Below are positions 19,965 through 31,759 of a stretch of DNA of 64,000 nucleotides, one piece after another. The notes under the pieces are model-generated. The model saw nothing but the letters and a program-made list of their open reading frames with translations, searched no databases and was not told the DNA's origin. The position numbers and the translations under genes are program-made. Origin of the DNA: an uncultured Veillonellaceae bacterium (GTDB lineage: Bacteria > Bacillota > Negativicutes > JARBTT01); contig CAWDTA010000002.1 in NCBI GenBank assembly GCA_963805085.1, positions 1,984,001 through 2,048,000 on the forward strand, given 5' to 3'. The first letter of the stretch is position 1. Each line of letters begins with the position of its first letter.

Positions 19965-20718
19965 AATTATGGCGCTAGGCGCCTTTTTTGTTGTAGCGAT
20001 TGCTGCTGTAGGGATTAGTTGTGTGGTAGCACCAGAAAAAGGTGTACCAGTATTGGCTTACCATATGATCGCCGGCGATGACGATACCTATAGTGTTTCA
20101 GAGGTAAACTTTGAACAACAAATGCAATATTTAAAAGAAAATGGCTATACTGCTATTTCATTATTAGAGTTTGCTAAAGCGAAAAAAGGCAAATTTACGT
20201 TGCCGGAAAAACCAATTATTATAACGTTTGATGACGGTTATGATAATAATTACACGAAAGCTATGCCGATTATGGAAAAGTACGGTATGAAAGGTACTGT
20301 GTTTATGATTGCCAATAATATTGGTAAAGAAGATTATTTAACCTTAGAACAATTGAAAGATTGGCAAGCACACAATATGGAAATAGGCTCGCATACGGCA
20401 AATCATGTACCACTCGCGACGTTAACTAGTGACCAGAAAAAAGAAGAAATTGTTGCATCGAAGCTGCTACTAGAATGGAAGGGCCTCAAGACGATTTTTT
20501 TCATGGCGTATCCGTTCGGGAGCTTTGATGCCGAATCAGAACAATTACTGAAAGAAAATGACTACCTAGGTGGGCTTACAGGAAAAAGTGGACTTAATAC
20601 ATTTGATACAAATCCTTATTTACTACATCGGTTAAATATGCCAAATCCAAGATTTGGTTTAACTGAATTTAAATTGCGTTTGTTAAAAGCCAATGTTTAT
20701 ACGCGGTTAGGATTATAG
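19948..20718 (+). CDS. Polysaccharide deacetylase (CE4)
   Basis: PVLAYH, ITFDDGY, IGSHTANH, AYPFG. Confidence 0.9.
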   Translation: MGLKSKIMALGAFFVVAIAAVGISCVVAPEKGVPVLAYHMIAGDDDTYSVSEVNFEQQMQYLKENGYTAISLLEFAKAKKGKFTLPEKPIIITFDDGYDNNYTKAMPIMEKYGMKGTVFMIANNIGKEDYLTLEQLKDWQAHNMEIGSHTANHVPLATLTSDQKKEEIVASKLLLEWKGLKTIFFMAYPFGSFDAESEQLLKENDYLGGLTGKSGLNTFDTNPYLLHRLNMPNPRFGLTEFKLRLLKANVYTRLGL

Positions 20719-20795
20719 TGTTTGGTAATTTTAACTGATTTACACTGGAAAATGTAATTGCTATAATAAATCATTGTAATACTAGGGGGAAGAGA

Positions 20796-21890
20796 ATGAG
20801 AAATTTAAGTAAATTAGTGGCTGCTTTTATCTTTGTTACATTTTTGAGTCTGACATTGACCAGTGAAGCTGCGAGTAAATCTGTCAGTAAATCTGTCAGT
20901 AAATCACAAATAAATCTTATGGATATACCAGAATGGAAGGTCATGACGGCGGATGTTGGTGGAACTTTATTATTCTCCGATAGTCCAGAAATCGTCGAAG
21001 AAGATGGAATTTTGTATTCCGATACGGTACAAGGGAAGACAAGGCTATTATATTATCATTTAAATGGAACGAAATTACCAAAAAAAATTGTGGCAGTTTT
21101 AGAAAATACATCAGATCAAGATGTTGATATTACGATTAGTAACTATGCATTTGGTGAGCCTAGCAAAGATTATCTTTATGTAGGTAAAAGTACACAAGAA
21201 CAATATTTTAAAAATACGAACATTGGATTTGCTCATGTGCCAGCCCATGGTAAAAGACTACTTAGCACAAAGCTTGATAAAATTGTTGTTGACCCGGAGA
21301 AATTAGTATATGGTGTTTTTGATTTTAATGCGACAGTGCCGTTAAAAGTGACAATGCTTATGTTACCAGTAAATGAAAATCCACTACTTTTCGTTGATCG
21401 GGCCAAAATATTACCAGCAGATAAGTCTAGACTTCGTGGTACCTTTACTGGTATGGATCGCATTATGAAAAGTGAAAAACCATATGATGGTAAAAAAGAT
21501 GGTACCGTTGCTATTACCCTCGCCGATGGGAAATTTGACCGCTATCGTACCGGCATTGATGCAACCGATGGTAGTATTGTTGAAAACTACGGTAATTATG
21601 GTATATTATACAAAATAAATATTCCTACTAAGGGGCTAGGTAAGACTAATTATTATTTAAATCCACGTGGAGGCGTTTATGCGGGGGCGCTTAATATAAA
21701 GAAAGACCAGTATGTGCAAGGTGAAATGATAGAAACACCATTAAATAAAGCTTTTTTTGGTCAAGACAATAGCATTACAGATCTTACATATTTAGGTCAA
21801 TATGATAATTTTAATCAATTAGTAATTGAATTTTCACCGCCAGGGGCATCCAACTTACCAGCAAGGTTAATTTTACAGCCCCAAAATTGA
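20796..21890 (+). CDS. Exported conserved hypothetical protein
   Basis: Signal peptide; LLFSDSPE, NYGNYGILY, LNPRGG, PPGASNLP motifs. Confidence 0.75.
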   Translation: MRNLSKLVAAFIFVTFLSLTLTSEAASKSVSKSVSKSQINLMDIPEWKVMTADVGGTLLFSDSPEIVEEDGILYSDTVQGKTRLLYYHLNGTKLPKKIVAVLENTSDQDVDITISNYAFGEPSKDYLYVGKSTQEQYFKNTNIGFAHVPAHGKRLLSTKLDKIVVDPEKLVYGVFDFNATVPLKVTMLMLPVNENPLLFVDRAKILPADKSRLRGTFTGMDRIMKSEKPYDGKKDGTVAITLADGKFDRYRTGIDATDGSIVENYGNYGILYKINIPTKGLGKTNYYLNPRGGVYAGALNIKKDQYVQGEMIETPLNKAFFGQDNSITDLTYLGQYDNFNQLVIEFSPPGASNLPARLILQPQN

Positions 21891-22000
21891 TTAAACTTGC
21901 TTAGTTAATAAAAAAACGATAAAATATAAATAGTCATATGGATAAGATGAAGTTCTTATTTTTTTAATATGAATCATTTTGCAAAAGGAGGGCTATATCA

Positions 22001-22141
22001 ATGGCTAAACGTATTACAACTGTAAACAAAGCTTCTCTTCAAGCTACAGTACATACTGGTGGTTGTGGAGAATGTCAAGCATCCTGCCAATCAGCTTGCA
22101 AAACATCCTGCACTGTAGGTAATCAAGTTTGCGCAAAATAG
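22001..22141 (+). CDS. scfA: SCIFF six-cysteine ranthipeptide precursor, 46 aa (not in ORF track)
   Basis: MAKRITTVNKASLQATVHTGGCGECQASCQSACKTSCTVGNQVCAK; AGGAGG RBS. Confidence 0.97.
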   Translation: MAKRITTVNKASLQATVHTGGCGECQASCQSACKTSCTVGNQVCAK

Positions 22142-22255
22142 GCTGCAAAAATAGCCTCTTGCCCTAGTGGCGAGAGGCTTGTTTGTTGTTTGCGAGTAAA
22201 TAGATAGATACACTGGAAAGTTGTTTAGTTTATATGATAGGAGAATTATAAATTT

Positions 22256-23620
22256 ATGCAAAAAATACATAAGTTTTATTTAAATGGCATGTACATTATG
22301 TTAGATATTAATAGCGGCGCAGTACATGTTATCGATAAAATGATTTACGATATGATGGATCTATATGATGGTACGAATGGTGAGGCTGTTTTAGAAACCT
22401 ATGGCATTATGTATGATCGCGCAGATGTTGCGGAAGCGTTAGAGGAATTGGAACAATTAATTGCAACTCAAGAACTTTTTGCGCCTAATATTGACGTGCC
22501 ACCAACTTTTAGTCAAAAACCATTGGTAAAGTCGCTTTGCTTGCACGTAGCCCATGATTGTAATCTACGTTGTAAATATTGTTTCGCTGGCACTGGTGAC
22601 TTCGGCCATGATAGAAGTTTGATGAGTAAAGAAGTCGGCGAAAAAGCGGTTGATTTTATTATCGCCAATAGTGGTCAGCGTAAACATTGCGAATTGGATT
22701 TCTTCGGTGGCGAACCATTAATGAATATGCCAGTCGTAAAGCATGTAGTAGAATATGTTCATAAACGTGAGCAGGAAACTGGCAAAGAATTTAAATTAAC
22801 GCTTACAACGAATGGTGTACTATTAAACGATGCCAATATAGAGTATCTAAATGATAATAACATCAGCTTAGTCCTCAGTCTCGATGGTCGCAAAGAAGTG
22901 CATGATAATATGCGTCCTAACGTTGCTGGTAAAGGAAGCTATGATGGCATTTTAGCGAATTTTAAAAAGTTAGTCGATGCGCGTGGTGGTAAAAACTACT
23001 TCTTGCGTGGCACCTTTACTGCGTATAACCTTGATTTTACGGCAGATGTCCTTGATATGGCCGATAAAGGATTCGATCTTTTATCTGTAGAACCAGTCGT
23101 AGCGAAAGAAGCTGACTATGAAATTACAGAAGAACATTTACCAAAGCTGTTTGAAGAATATGATAAGCTAACTGAGGCTTATATTGATCGCAAATTATCA
23201 GGTAATGGCTTTGAGTTCTTCCATTTCAATATGGATATTAACAACGGCCCATGTGTAGCAAAACGCTTGAGTGGTTGTGGCGCTGGGCATGAATATTTTG
23301 CGGTAGCACCAAATGGTGATTTATACCCTTGTCACCAATTCGTTGGTCGTGATAAATATTTACTCGGTACTATTTTTGCTGGTGTGATTAGCAAAGAAAT
23401 GCCTAAGTACTTTCGTCAGGCACACGTGCTAAACAAGCCAGAATGCAGCAAATGCTGGGCGCGTTTCTATTGCAGTGGTGGCTGTCATGCGAATGCGGAT
23501 TTATTTAATGACGATATCAAGGTACCTTATGAAATCGGTTGTAAACTTCAACAAAAACGCATGGAATGTGCGATTATGATTCAAGCGAAATTGGCAATGC
23601 TAGAAAATCAGCCGAAGTAG
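22256..23620 (+). CDS. scfB: SCIFF radical SAM/SPASM maturase
   Basis: HDCNLRCKYC, DFFGGEP, GCGAGHEY, YPCHQF, CSKCWARFYCSGGC; adjacent to scfA. Confidence 0.95.
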   Translation: MQKIHKFYLNGMYIMLDINSGAVHVIDKMIYDMMDLYDGTNGEAVLETYGIMYDRADVAEALEELEQLIATQELFAPNIDVPPTFSQKPLVKSLCLHVAHDCNLRCKYCFAGTGDFGHDRSLMSKEVGEKAVDFIIANSGQRKHCELDFFGGEPLMNMPVVKHVVEYVHKREQETGKEFKLTLTTNGVLLNDANIEYLNDNNISLVLSLDGRKEVHDNMRPNVAGKGSYDGILANFKKLVDARGGKNYFLRGTFTAYNLDFTADVLDMADKGFDLLSVEPVVAKEADYEITEEHLPKLFEEYDKLTEAYIDRKLSGNGFEFFHFNMDINNGPCVAKRLSGCGAGHEYFAVAPNGDLYPCHQFVGRDKYLLGTIFAGVISKEMPKYFRQAHVLNKPECSKCWARFYCSGGCHANADLFNDDIKVPYEIGCKLQQKRMECAIMIQAKLAMLENQPK

Positions 23621-23824
23621 ATAAAAACATAATCAAAATTGCTATAACGATAATTGTGTTATATATCATTGAATATTTATGGTAAGTCTGTGCAAAATGA
23701 TCAAATAATCAAAAAAAATCCTGTTTTGTTAATTATAAAGCAGGATTTTTTAAAATTAGCCAGAAAATAACAAATAGTATAATGATTATGTATTATAAAA
23801 TTAAAGAAGATTATAGAAAAAATA

Positions 23825-23897
23825 TTGACAATCTATATTGAATGGGGTAATATATCTCTGGGATGCAAAATAAACCAGTGGGGTAGAAAATAACCCA
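23825..23897 (+). promoter_or_regulatory. cggR-gap promoter with CggR-like tandem operator
   Basis: TTGACA-17-TAATAT, then tgggatgcaaaataaacca / tggggtagaaaataaccca direct repeats. Confidence 0.7.
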
Positions 23898-23910
23898 GAG
23901 GGCAATTATT

Positions 23911-24963
23911 GTGAAAGAAATTGAGAAAATTATAAGACTACAAAAAAAAATTGCTCCGGAATTAGTGAATCTCATTGAGGAACGCTACAGCATATTAAAG
24001 CATATTCGTTATAATCAACCAATCGGTAGAAGAGCATTGGCTAGTCAATTAGAATTTAGCGAATGCAGTATCAGAAATGGTGTTAAGGTTTTAAGGGATT
24101 CGGGTTTAATCCATTTATCGGGTCTTGGCATGACAGTAACTGAGGAAGGTCAAGACATGGTGAGTGATTTAACTGCTTATGTAGATGCTTTAAGTGGGCT
24201 AGCGAAGCTTGAAGTTTATTTAGCTGATGAACTAGGGGTTAATGAAGTAAAAATTGTGCCTGGCGACAGCCAAGCGGATCGATGTGTATTTTTAGAACTA
24301 GGACGAGTTGCCGCACGCATATTAGTTGATATTTTATCAAATAATATGGTGGTTGCTGTGAGTGGTGGATCCACGATGGCGATAGTGGCAGATTCAGTTG
24401 ATTTATGCATGCCGAGTATTTTGGTAGTCCCGACACGCGGCGGGCTTGGCGAGCAAGTGGAACGCCAGGCAAATAGCGTTGCAGCAGTTATGGCGGGAAA
24501 ATTGGGCGGTCAATATAGGCTTTTACATATTCCTGAAATTCTAAACGATGACGCTTTTGAAGCGATCAAAGCAACGGACAGTACGGTAAATGAAATAGAG
24601 CAGTTAATTAAAAATGCTGATGTTTTAGTGCATGGTATTGGTCGAGCTGATATAATGGTAAGCAGACGTAATCATATGCCAAAGGTTGCAGAGAATATTT
24701 GTAAACTTGGTGTTGGTGAAACGCTTGGACATTACTTTGATTTAGATGGCAACTGTATTTATACTTATTGTAATACTGGGTTTCGTCTGAATGATCTGGT
24801 GGGAGTGGGCAGAAAAATCGCGGTAGCCGGTGGAGCAGATAAAGCTGAGGCTATCATATCAGTAACTAGGGCAGGCAGTAAAGATGTCTTAGTTATCGAT
24901 GAAGCTGCTGCTAGTTCTATTCAGTCAATAATAAAATCTGAGAAATCTCAGAAAACTTTTTAA
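23911..24963 (+). CDS. cggR: Central glycolytic genes regulator
   Basis: [35 protein letters not shown]; directly upstream of gap. Confidence 0.9.
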   Translation: MKEIEKIIRLQKKIAPELVNLIEERYSILKHIRYNQPIGRRALASQLEFSECSIRNGVKVLRDSGLIHLSGLGMTVTEEGQDMVSDLTAYVDALSGLAKLEVYLADELGVNEVKIVPGDSQADRCVFLELGRVAARILVDILSNNMVVAVSGGSTMAIVADSVDLCMPSILVVPTRGGLGEQVERQANSVAAVMAGKLGGQYRLLHIPEILNDDAFEAIKATDSTVNEIEQLIKNADVLVHGIGRADIMVSRRNHMPKVAENICKLGVGETLGHYFDLDGNCIYTYCNTGFRLNDLVGVGRKIAVAGGADKAEAIISVTRAGSKDVLVIDEAAASSIQSIIKSEKSQKTF

Positions 24964-24988
24964 AAAATATTTAGGGGGTATTTTCACA

Positions 24989-26002
24989 ATGGCAGTTAAA
25001 GTAGCGATCAATGGTTTTGGACGTATTGGACGTCTTGCGTTTAGACAAATGTTTGGCGCAGAAGGATATGAAGTTGTTGCAATCAACGACTTAACTAGTC
25101 CTAAAATGCTTGCACACTTATTGAAATACGATTCTTCACAAGGCAGATATGCTTTGGGAGATAAAGTGACGGCTGGTGAAGATTCTATTACCGTTGACGG
25201 TAAAAAAATCACTATCTATGCAAAAGCTAACGCAGCTGAATTACCTTGGGGCGAACTTAATGTAGATGTAGTTCTTGAATGTACTGGTTTCTACACTTCC
25301 AAAGAAAAAGCTTCTGCACATATCAAAGCAGGCGCTAAAAAAGTTGTTATCTCTGCTCCAGCAGGCAACGACCTTCCTACAGTTGTATATAATGTTAACC
25401 ATAATATATTAAAAGCTAGCGATACAGTTATTTCCGCAGCTTCTTGTACTACAAACTGCTTAGCTCCTATGGCGCAAGCACTTCATAAATTGGCTGCTAT
25501 TAAAAGTGGTATCATGAGCACAATTCATGCTTACACTGGTGACCAGATGACTTTGGATGGCCCTCAAAGAAATGGTGATTTAAGAAGATCCCGTGCTGCA
25601 GCAGTTAATATCGTTCCTAACTCCACTGGTGCTGCAAAAGCAATCGGCTTAGTTATTCCTGAATTATTAGGTAAATTAATCGGTTCCGCACAACGTGTTC
25701 CAGTTCCAACTGGTTCTACTACAATCTTGATTGCAGTTGTTGACGGTAAAGTTACAGTAGATCAAGTAAATGCAGCAATGAAAGCAGCAGCTACGGAATC
25801 TTTCGGTTATACTGAAGAACAATTAGTATCTAGCGATATCGTTGGTATCAGATACGGTTCTTTATTCGATGCTACACAAACAATGGTTTCACCACTAGAA
25901 AATGGTACTACTCAAGTTCAAGTTGTTTCTTGGTACGATAACGAAAACAGCTATACTAGCCAAATGGTTCGTACGATTAAATACTTTGCAGAACTTGCAT
26001 AG
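24989..26002 (+). CDS. gap: Glyceraldehyde-3-phosphate dehydrogenase, type I
   Basis: [25 protein letters not shown]. Confidence 0.98.
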   Translation: MAVKVAINGFGRIGRLAFRQMFGAEGYEVVAINDLTSPKMLAHLLKYDSSQGRYALGDKVTAGEDSITVDGKKITIYAKANAAELPWGELNVDVVLECTGFYTSKEKASAHIKAGAKKVVISAPAGNDLPTVVYNVNHNILKASDTVISAASCTTNCLAPMAQALHKLAAIKSGIMSTIHAYTGDQMTLDGPQRNGDLRRSRAAAVNIVPNSTGAAKAIGLVIPELLGKLIGSAQRVPVPTGSTTILIAVVDGKVTVDQVNAAMKAAATESFGYTEEQLVSSDIVGIRYGSLFDATQTMVSPLENGTTQVQVVSWYDNENSYTSQMVRTIKYFAELA

Positions 26003-26070
26003 TTTATACTGATCTTTAAGGTCCGGCCTTGTTGGGCCGGACCTTTCTTAAATTTAAGGGAGGCATTCGC

Positions 26071-27255
26071 ATGAATAAAAAGAGCATTAAAGATATTAAC
26101 GTAAAAGGTAAAAAAGTTTTTGTCCGTGTAGATTATAATGTACCAATGGATGAACATTTAAACATTACAAATGATACTAGAATCAGAGCTACCTTACCTA
26201 CTTTAAATTATTTGCTAGAACAAAATGCAGCACTTGTAATTGCTTGTCATCTTGGTCGTCCAAAAGGTGAAAGAGTTGCAAAATTCTCTGTGAAGCCAGT
26301 TGCAAAACGCTTAGCTGAATTAATCGGCAAAGAAGTGAAATTTGCTTCTGACTGTGTTGGTCCAGAAGCTGAAAAAGCAGCAGCTGCTTTAAAACCAGGC
26401 GAAATTCTTTTGTTAGAAAACCTTCGTTATCATAAAGAAGAAGAAAAAAATGATCCTGCATTTTCAAAACAACTAGCAGCACTTGCTGATGTTGCTGTAA
26501 ATGATGCCTTTGGTGTATCTCACCGTGCGCATGCTTCAGTTGAAGGGATCACAAAATATATTGAAACTGTTGCTGGTTTCTTAATGGAAAAAGAAATTAG
26601 ATTCGTTGGTCAAACAGTAGCAAATCCAGAACGTCCTTTCGTTGCAATCATTGGTGGTGCGAAAGTTTCTGATAAAATTGGTGTTATTTCCAATTTACTT
26701 AAAAAAGTAGATACTTTAATCATTGGTGGCGGTATGGCGCATACTTTTGATGCTGCTAAAGGCTATGAAATTGGTAAATCCATCTGTGAACCAGATAAAT
26801 ACGCATTAGCTTTAGATTTATTAAAACAAGCTGAAGCTAAAGGTGTAAAAGTTGTATTGCCAGTTGACCTTGTAATTGCTGATAAATTTGCTCCAGATGC
26901 AAATACAAGAATCGTTGATGTTGATAAAGTTGATCCAGAGTGGGAAGCATTAGATAGTGGTCCTAAAACTTCTGAACTTTATGCAGCAGCATTAAAAGAT
27001 GCAAAAACTGTTATCTGGAATGGACCTATGGGTGTATTCGAAATGGATGCATTCGCAAAAGGTACAGAAGCAGTGGCACAAGCAGTGGCTGATTCTTCCG
27101 CGGTTAGCATTGTTGGGGGTGGCGATTCCATTGCTGCTCTTAAAAAGACTGGTCTTTCCGATAAAATTACGCACATTTCCACTGGTGGGGGAGCTACATT
27201 AGAATTCTTAGAAGGCAAGATACTACCTGGAATTGCAGCACTTGCTGATAAGTAA
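26071..27255 (+). CDS. pgk: Phosphoglycerate kinase
   Basis: [34 protein letters not shown]. Confidence 0.98.
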   Translation: MNKKSIKDINVKGKKVFVRVDYNVPMDEHLNITNDTRIRATLPTLNYLLEQNAALVIACHLGRPKGERVAKFSVKPVAKRLAELIGKEVKFASDCVGPEAEKAAAALKPGEILLLENLRYHKEEEKNDPAFSKQLAALADVAVNDAFGVSHRAHASVEGITKYIETVAGFLMEKEIRFVGQTVANPERPFVAIIGGAKVSDKIGVISNLLKKVDTLIIGGGMAHTFDAAKGYEIGKSICEPDKYALALDLLKQAEAKGVKVVLPVDLVIADKFAPDANTRIVDVDKVDPEWEALDSGPKTSELYAAALKDAKTVIWNGPMGVFEMDAFAKGTEAVAQAVADSSAVSIVGGGDSIAALKKTGLSDKITHISTGGGATLEFLEGKILPGIAALADK

Positions 27256-27259
27256 AGCC

Positions 27260-27400
27260 TGATTCACAGCGGCAACGCAATAAGCACGCATCTGCGTCGT
27301 TGGTTCTCACGAGTGCGGTCGACGTACAACTTGTACGACTCCCTTACTCGTTCCGAGCCGCCTAGCAGCTACGCACTTCTTGCGCGGCGGCAGCGAATCA
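27260..27400. repeat. Dispersed structured repeat, copy 2 (long form)
   Basis: ataagcacgcatctgcgtcgttg...gacgtacaacttgtacgac...gcctagcagctacgcacttct; outer tgattc/gaatca stem. Confidence 0.7.
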
Positions 27401-27457
27401 TAGGGATATATAGTTTTAGTGATTTAAAAATAAAAATATTTAGGGGGATTTCATATT

Positions 27458-28207
27458 ATGCGTACACCTATTATTGCTGGTAACTGGAAAATGAATAACA
27501 CGATGGCTGCTGGTACTGCTTTGGTAAAAGAATTGGCTGCTTTAGTCAAAGATGCGAAAAACGTTGACATTGTTGTTTGCCCTACATTTACTGCACTTTC
27601 AGCTGTTAAAGAAGCGACAAAAGGTACAAACATTCATGTTGGTGCTCAAAATATTCATTGGGAAGCAAATGGTGCGTTCACTGGTGAAGTTTCAGCAGAA
27701 ATGCTACAAGAAATCGGCGTAGAATATGTTGTAATTGGTCATTCCGAACGTCGTGAATATTTCGGTGAAACTGATGAAACTGTAAACAAAAGAACAAAAG
27801 CAGCGATTGCAGCTGGTATCGTTCCTATCGTTTGCTGTGGCGAATCTTTGGAAGTTCGTGAAGCTGGTACAACAAATAAATTGGTTGGTGGTCAAATTAA
27901 AGCTGACTTAGCTGGTTTAACTGCTGAGCAAGTGGCTGGTATCGTTATCGCTTATGAACCAATTTGGGCAATTGGTACTGGTAAAACAGCTACTTCAGAT
28001 CAAGCAAATGAAGTATGCAAATTTATCCGTGAAACTGTTGCTGGACAATTTGGTAAAGAAGCTGCTGAAAAAGTTCGCATTCAATACGGTGGTAGCGTAA
28101 AACCTAGTACGATTGCTGAATTAATGGGTAAAAGCGACGTTGATGGAGCCTTGGTTGGTGGCGCTTCTCTTAAAGCCGGCGATTTCAGCAACATTGTAAA
28201 ATTTTAA
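27458..28207 (+). CDS. tpiA: Triosephosphate isomerase
   Basis: [29 protein letters not shown]. Confidence 0.98.
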   Translation: MRTPIIAGNWKMNNTMAAGTALVKELAALVKDAKNVDIVVCPTFTALSAVKEATKGTNIHVGAQNIHWEANGAFTGEVSAEMLQEIGVEYVVIGHSERREYFGETDETVNKRTKAAIAAGIVPIVCCGESLEVREAGTTNKLVGGQIKADLAGLTAEQVAGIVIAYEPIWAIGTGKTATSDQANEVCKFIRETVAGQFGKEAAEKVRIQYGGSVKPSTIAELMGKSDVDGALVGGASLKAGDFSNIVKF

Positions 28208-28226
28208 TTTAGGTGGATGAAATATA

Positions 28227-29753
28227 ATGGAAAAATTAACTGCACCTGTAGCTTTAGTTATACTGGATGGTTGGGGCGTTGGCAGTATAGCTGATCCAAA
28301 CAATGCAATTGCCATTGCAAAAACACCAGTGATGGATGCTTTACTAAAAAAATATCCTAATACAACACTAAAATGTTCTGGTGAAGCAGTAGGCTTGCCA
28401 GAAGGTCAAATGGGCAATTCGGAAGTTGGTCACTTGAATATTGGTGCTGGTCGCATTGTATACCAAGAACTTACTAGAATTACAAAAGCTATTAGAGAAG
28501 GTGACTTTTTCACCAATCCAGTATTTTTAGATGTAATTAAAAAAGTAAAAGCAAACAATAGCGCACTTCATTTGATGGGCTTATTGTCCGACGGCGGTGT
28601 GCATAGTCACAATACTCATTTGTATGCGTTATTAGAACTTGCTAAAAAGCAAGGTTTAAGTAAAGTATATGTGCATGCGTTTTTAGATGGTCGTGATGTA
28701 CCGCCATCGAGTTCTGCTGAATATGTACAATTGCTTGAAAAGAAAATTGCTGAAATTGGCGTGGGTAAAATCGCAACGGTCTCTGGTCGTTATTATGCAA
28801 TGGATCGTGATAAACGTTGGGATCGTGTTGAAAAAGCATATTTAGCAATCGGCGCAGGTGAAGGTGAAACTGCACCAGGCGCAGTAGCTGCGGTAAAAGC
28901 TTCTTACGATGCGGGTAAAACTGATGAATTTGTTTTACCAACTGTTATCGGTGCGTATACTGGAATAAACGAAGACGACGGTGTTATCTTCTTTAACTTC
29001 CGTCCAGACAGAGCAAGAGAATTAACACATGTATTTACAGATAAAGAGTTCGAAGGCTTTAACCGTAAAAATGGTTATATGAAACTTGCATTCGCGACAA
29101 TGACACAATATGAAAAAGGGCTTGATGTTGAAATTGCCTATCAACCTCAAACTTTGACCAATACACTTGGCGAAGTATTGCATAAAGAAGGCATGAAACA
29201 ACTTCGTATTGCTGAAACAGAAAAATACGCGCATGTTACTTTCTTCTTCAATGGTGGTGTGGAAGCTCCACTAGAAGGCGAAGAACGTATTTTAGTTCCT
29301 TCACCAAAAGTAGCAACGTATGATTTAGAGCCAGAAATGAGTGCAATTGAGGTTACAGACAAAGTCGTTGAACAAATCAACGCGAAGAACCACGATGTCA
29401 TCATCCTTAACTTTGCCAATGGTGACATGGTTGGTCACACAGGTGTTGTTTCTGCAGCTGTTAAAGCTGTAGAAACAGTGGATACCTGTGTAGGTCGTTT
29501 AGTTGAGGCGATTCAGGCAGCTGATGGTACAGTTTGTATCACCGCTGACCATGGTAATGCCGAAGTAATGGTAGACCCTGTAACAGGTGAACCGTTTACA
29601 GCACATACGACCAATGTAGTACCGTTTATTGTAGTTTCAGATAAAGTTACTGGCGTAAATACAGGTAGTTTATGTGATATTGCACCTACAATGCTTACGA
29701 TTGCTGGTGTGAAAATCCCAACTGAAATGACAGGTAAATCCTTGTTGAAGTAA
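28227..29753 (+). CDS. gpmI: 2,3-BPG-independent phosphoglycerate mutase
   Basis: [47 protein letters not shown]. Confidence 0.98.
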   Translation: MEKLTAPVALVILDGWGVGSIADPNNAIAIAKTPVMDALLKKYPNTTLKCSGEAVGLPEGQMGNSEVGHLNIGAGRIVYQELTRITKAIREGDFFTNPVFLDVIKKVKANNSALHLMGLLSDGGVHSHNTHLYALLELAKKQGLSKVYVHAFLDGRDVPPSSSAEYVQLLEKKIAEIGVGKIATVSGRYYAMDRDKRWDRVEKAYLAIGAGEGETAPGAVAAVKASYDAGKTDEFVLPTVIGAYTGINEDDGVIFFNFRPDRARELTHVFTDKEFEGFNRKNGYMKLAFATMTQYEKGLDVEIAYQPQTLTNTLGEVLHKEGMKQLRIAETEKYAHVTFFFNGGVEAPLEGEERILVPSPKVATYDLEPEMSAIEVTDKVVEQINAKNHDVIILNFANGDMVGHTGVVSAAVKAVETVDTCVGRLVEAIQAADGTVCITADHGNAEVMVDPVTGEPFTAHTTNVVPFIVVSDKVTGVNTGSLCDIAPTMLTIAGVKIPTEMTGKSLLK

Positions 29754-29782
29754 TTAAGAAAAACCCTCACTTTTCTTATATG

Positions 29783-29816
29783 AAGAGCCGCAGAGCATTT
29801 GCTTTGCGGCTTTTTG
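29783..29816 (+). terminator. Intrinsic terminator after gpmI
   Basis: aagagccgcagagc-attt-gctttgcggctttt. Confidence 0.8.
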
Positions 29817-29826
29817 GTATAAAAAT

Positions 29827-29854
29827 TTTACATAAATTTAACAGATTGATAACA
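29827..29854 (+). promoter_or_regulatory. Pho box (three 11-bp-spaced repeats)
   Basis: TTTACA-n5-TTAACA-n5-ATAACA upstream of the alkaline phosphatase. Confidence 0.75.
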
Positions 29855-29941
29855 AATCTTCTTTATATAAGTCCTACAATAAATGATAAGGGAGCTAGTC
29901 TCTTAAATATTCGTTCGATTTTGAAGGAGGACTCATTGATA

Positions 29942-31738
29942 ATGATGTTTCAACTGCCAAAGAAATTCAGGAAAAATGCACTTACTATGTGTACAGCGTT
30001 GACTGTACTTGGATGTATGGCAGGTGGGAGTGCAATTGGATTTGCAGCACCTTATGTTATCCAGCAGATTTCACCAATAACGGTATTGCCAATTGACAAT
30101 GCAAAATTCGCTGCTGGTCAAAAATTTGACTTTTTAATTGAAGTGAAAGATGCAAAAACGAATGATATCCAAGTGACGATCAATGGTAAAACGGCTGAGC
30201 AGTATTTTGGCAAACACGCGGTAGCTGCTATGGATGGAACTATGGCAACGTATCGTATTGATCAAGTGAGTGTGAAAGAAGCAGGCAATGTCGATATCGT
30301 TGTAAATGCAAATGGCAATAAACGTATCGTAAATTATACTATAGTTGCGGATAAATCAGTGAAAAAAGCAAAAAATGTAATTCTTCTTATTGGCGATGGC
30401 ATGAGCTTACAAGCGCGTGAGATGGCACGTATTTTAGAAAAAGGCATCAAAGAAGGCAAATATAATGATGTTCTTGAGATGGAAAAACTTTCAAATATGG
30501 CAGTAGTGACGACCTCTGGTTATGATTCTTTAGTTACAGACTCGGCAAATAGTGCATCTGCTTATGCTACTGGGCAAAAAGGCGTAGTGAATGCAATGGG
30601 AACTTATACCAATAGCACGAAGGATCCATTTGACGATCCAAAAGTAGAAAATATCGTAGAACTTGCAAAAAGGACTCGTGGTATGGCAACGGGCTTAGTA
30701 ACTACTGCTAATATTACAGATGCGACTCCAGCAGCGATGGTAGCGCATACACGTAAACGCAGTGAACAAAACTTTATTGCCCAAGATATGCTAGATCCTA
30801 GCCATCGTCCAGATGTTATCATGGGTGGGGGTTCCAGACAATTTTTGCCGATGAGTACACCTGGTTCAAAACGGAAAGATGAAACGAATGTAATCAATGA
30901 GTTTAAAGATCTCGGCTATCAGTTCTCTGGGACAAAGTCAGAGCTTCTAGCAACACCAGCGAATGCAGATAAATTATTAGGCTTATATCAATTGGATAAT
31001 TTAAATGTATATATTGATCGTGAAATGCTAAAAAATCCTAAAGTATTGGGTGGCTTTAACGATCAACCAGGGCTGGTTGATATGACGAAAAAAGCGATCA
31101 ATACATTAAGTAAAAATCAAAATGGTTTCTTTCTAATGGTAGAAGGAGCGTGTATTGATAAGCAATTACATACGATGGATTGGCAAAGAGCGGCGTATGA
31201 CAATATCGAATTAGATAAAGCAGTTGGTGTTGCTAGAGAGTTTGCCAAGCAAAAAGATGATACTTTAATCATCGTTGTTGCTGACCATTCCCATGGTGCT
31301 AGTATCACAGGTACTTATCATGAAAAAGATGGTAAGACTGGTCGTGAAGCAGTGCGTGTTTATGCAAATGCAGGTTTCCCAACATTTGAAGATAAAGATG
31401 GCGATGGCTATCCAGAAAATCCAGATCCAGATGTAACCTTGGCTGTGCAATATGCAAATCATCCAGATGTAAATATGAATTATAAATTTAAACCAGAACC
31501 AATTTCACCAGCAATCATGGCAGATGGAAAAGCAATTGCGAACCCTAAAATAGAAGGTCAATTCCAAGAAGGAAATATTCCTGCGGATGACACTTCAGAG
31601 GCACATTCTGCTGACGACGTTCTTCTTAACGCCGAAGGTCCTGGCGCAGACTATTTCAAAGGTGTTATGGATAATACAGAAGTGTTCTTCGGCATGGTTC
31701 GTGCCCTTGGTCTTGATGGAAATAAAAATAGTAAGTAA
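29942..31738 (+). CDS. Alkaline phosphatase (PhoA family) with extra N-terminal domain
   Basis: KNVILLIGDGM, TDSANSASAYATG (Ser nucleophile), DATPAA, FFLMVEGACIDKQLH, ADHSH; signal peptide; GGAGG RBS. Confidence 0.92.
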   Translation: MMFQLPKKFRKNALTMCTALTVLGCMAGGSAIGFAAPYVIQQISPITVLPIDNAKFAAGQKFDFLIEVKDAKTNDIQVTINGKTAEQYFGKHAVAAMDGTMATYRIDQVSVKEAGNVDIVVNANGNKRIVNYTIVADKSVKKAKNVILLIGDGMSLQAREMARILEKGIKEGKYNDVLEMEKLSNMAVVTTSGYDSLVTDSANSASAYATGQKGVVNAMGTYTNSTKDPFDDPKVENIVELAKRTRGMATGLVTTANITDATPAAMVAHTRKRSEQNFIAQDMLDPSHRPDVIMGGGSRQFLPMSTPGSKRKDETNVINEFKDLGYQFSGTKSELLATPANADKLLGLYQLDNLNVYIDREMLKNPKVLGGFNDQPGLVDMTKKAINTLSKNQNGFFLMVEGACIDKQLHTMDWQRAAYDNIELDKAVGVAREFAKQKDDTLIIVVADHSHGASITGTYHEKDGKTGREAVRVYANAGFPTFEDKDGDGYPENPDPDVTLAVQYANHPDVNMNYKFKPEPISPAIMADGKAIANPKIEGQFQEGNIPADDTSEAHSADDVLLNAEGPGADYFKGVMDNTEVFFGMVRALGLDGNKNSK

Positions 31739-31759
31739 GTAGTAGGGAGGCAAATCAGA

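Noticed and set aside
20874-20907. 12-bp tandem repeat (SKSV)
   Set aside because: In-frame linker duplication after the signal peptide; no sign of phase variation.
29780-29941. Longer alkaline phosphatase start in the ORF track
   Set aside because: Overlaps the gpmI terminator and Pho box; RBS and signal peptide support ATG 29942.
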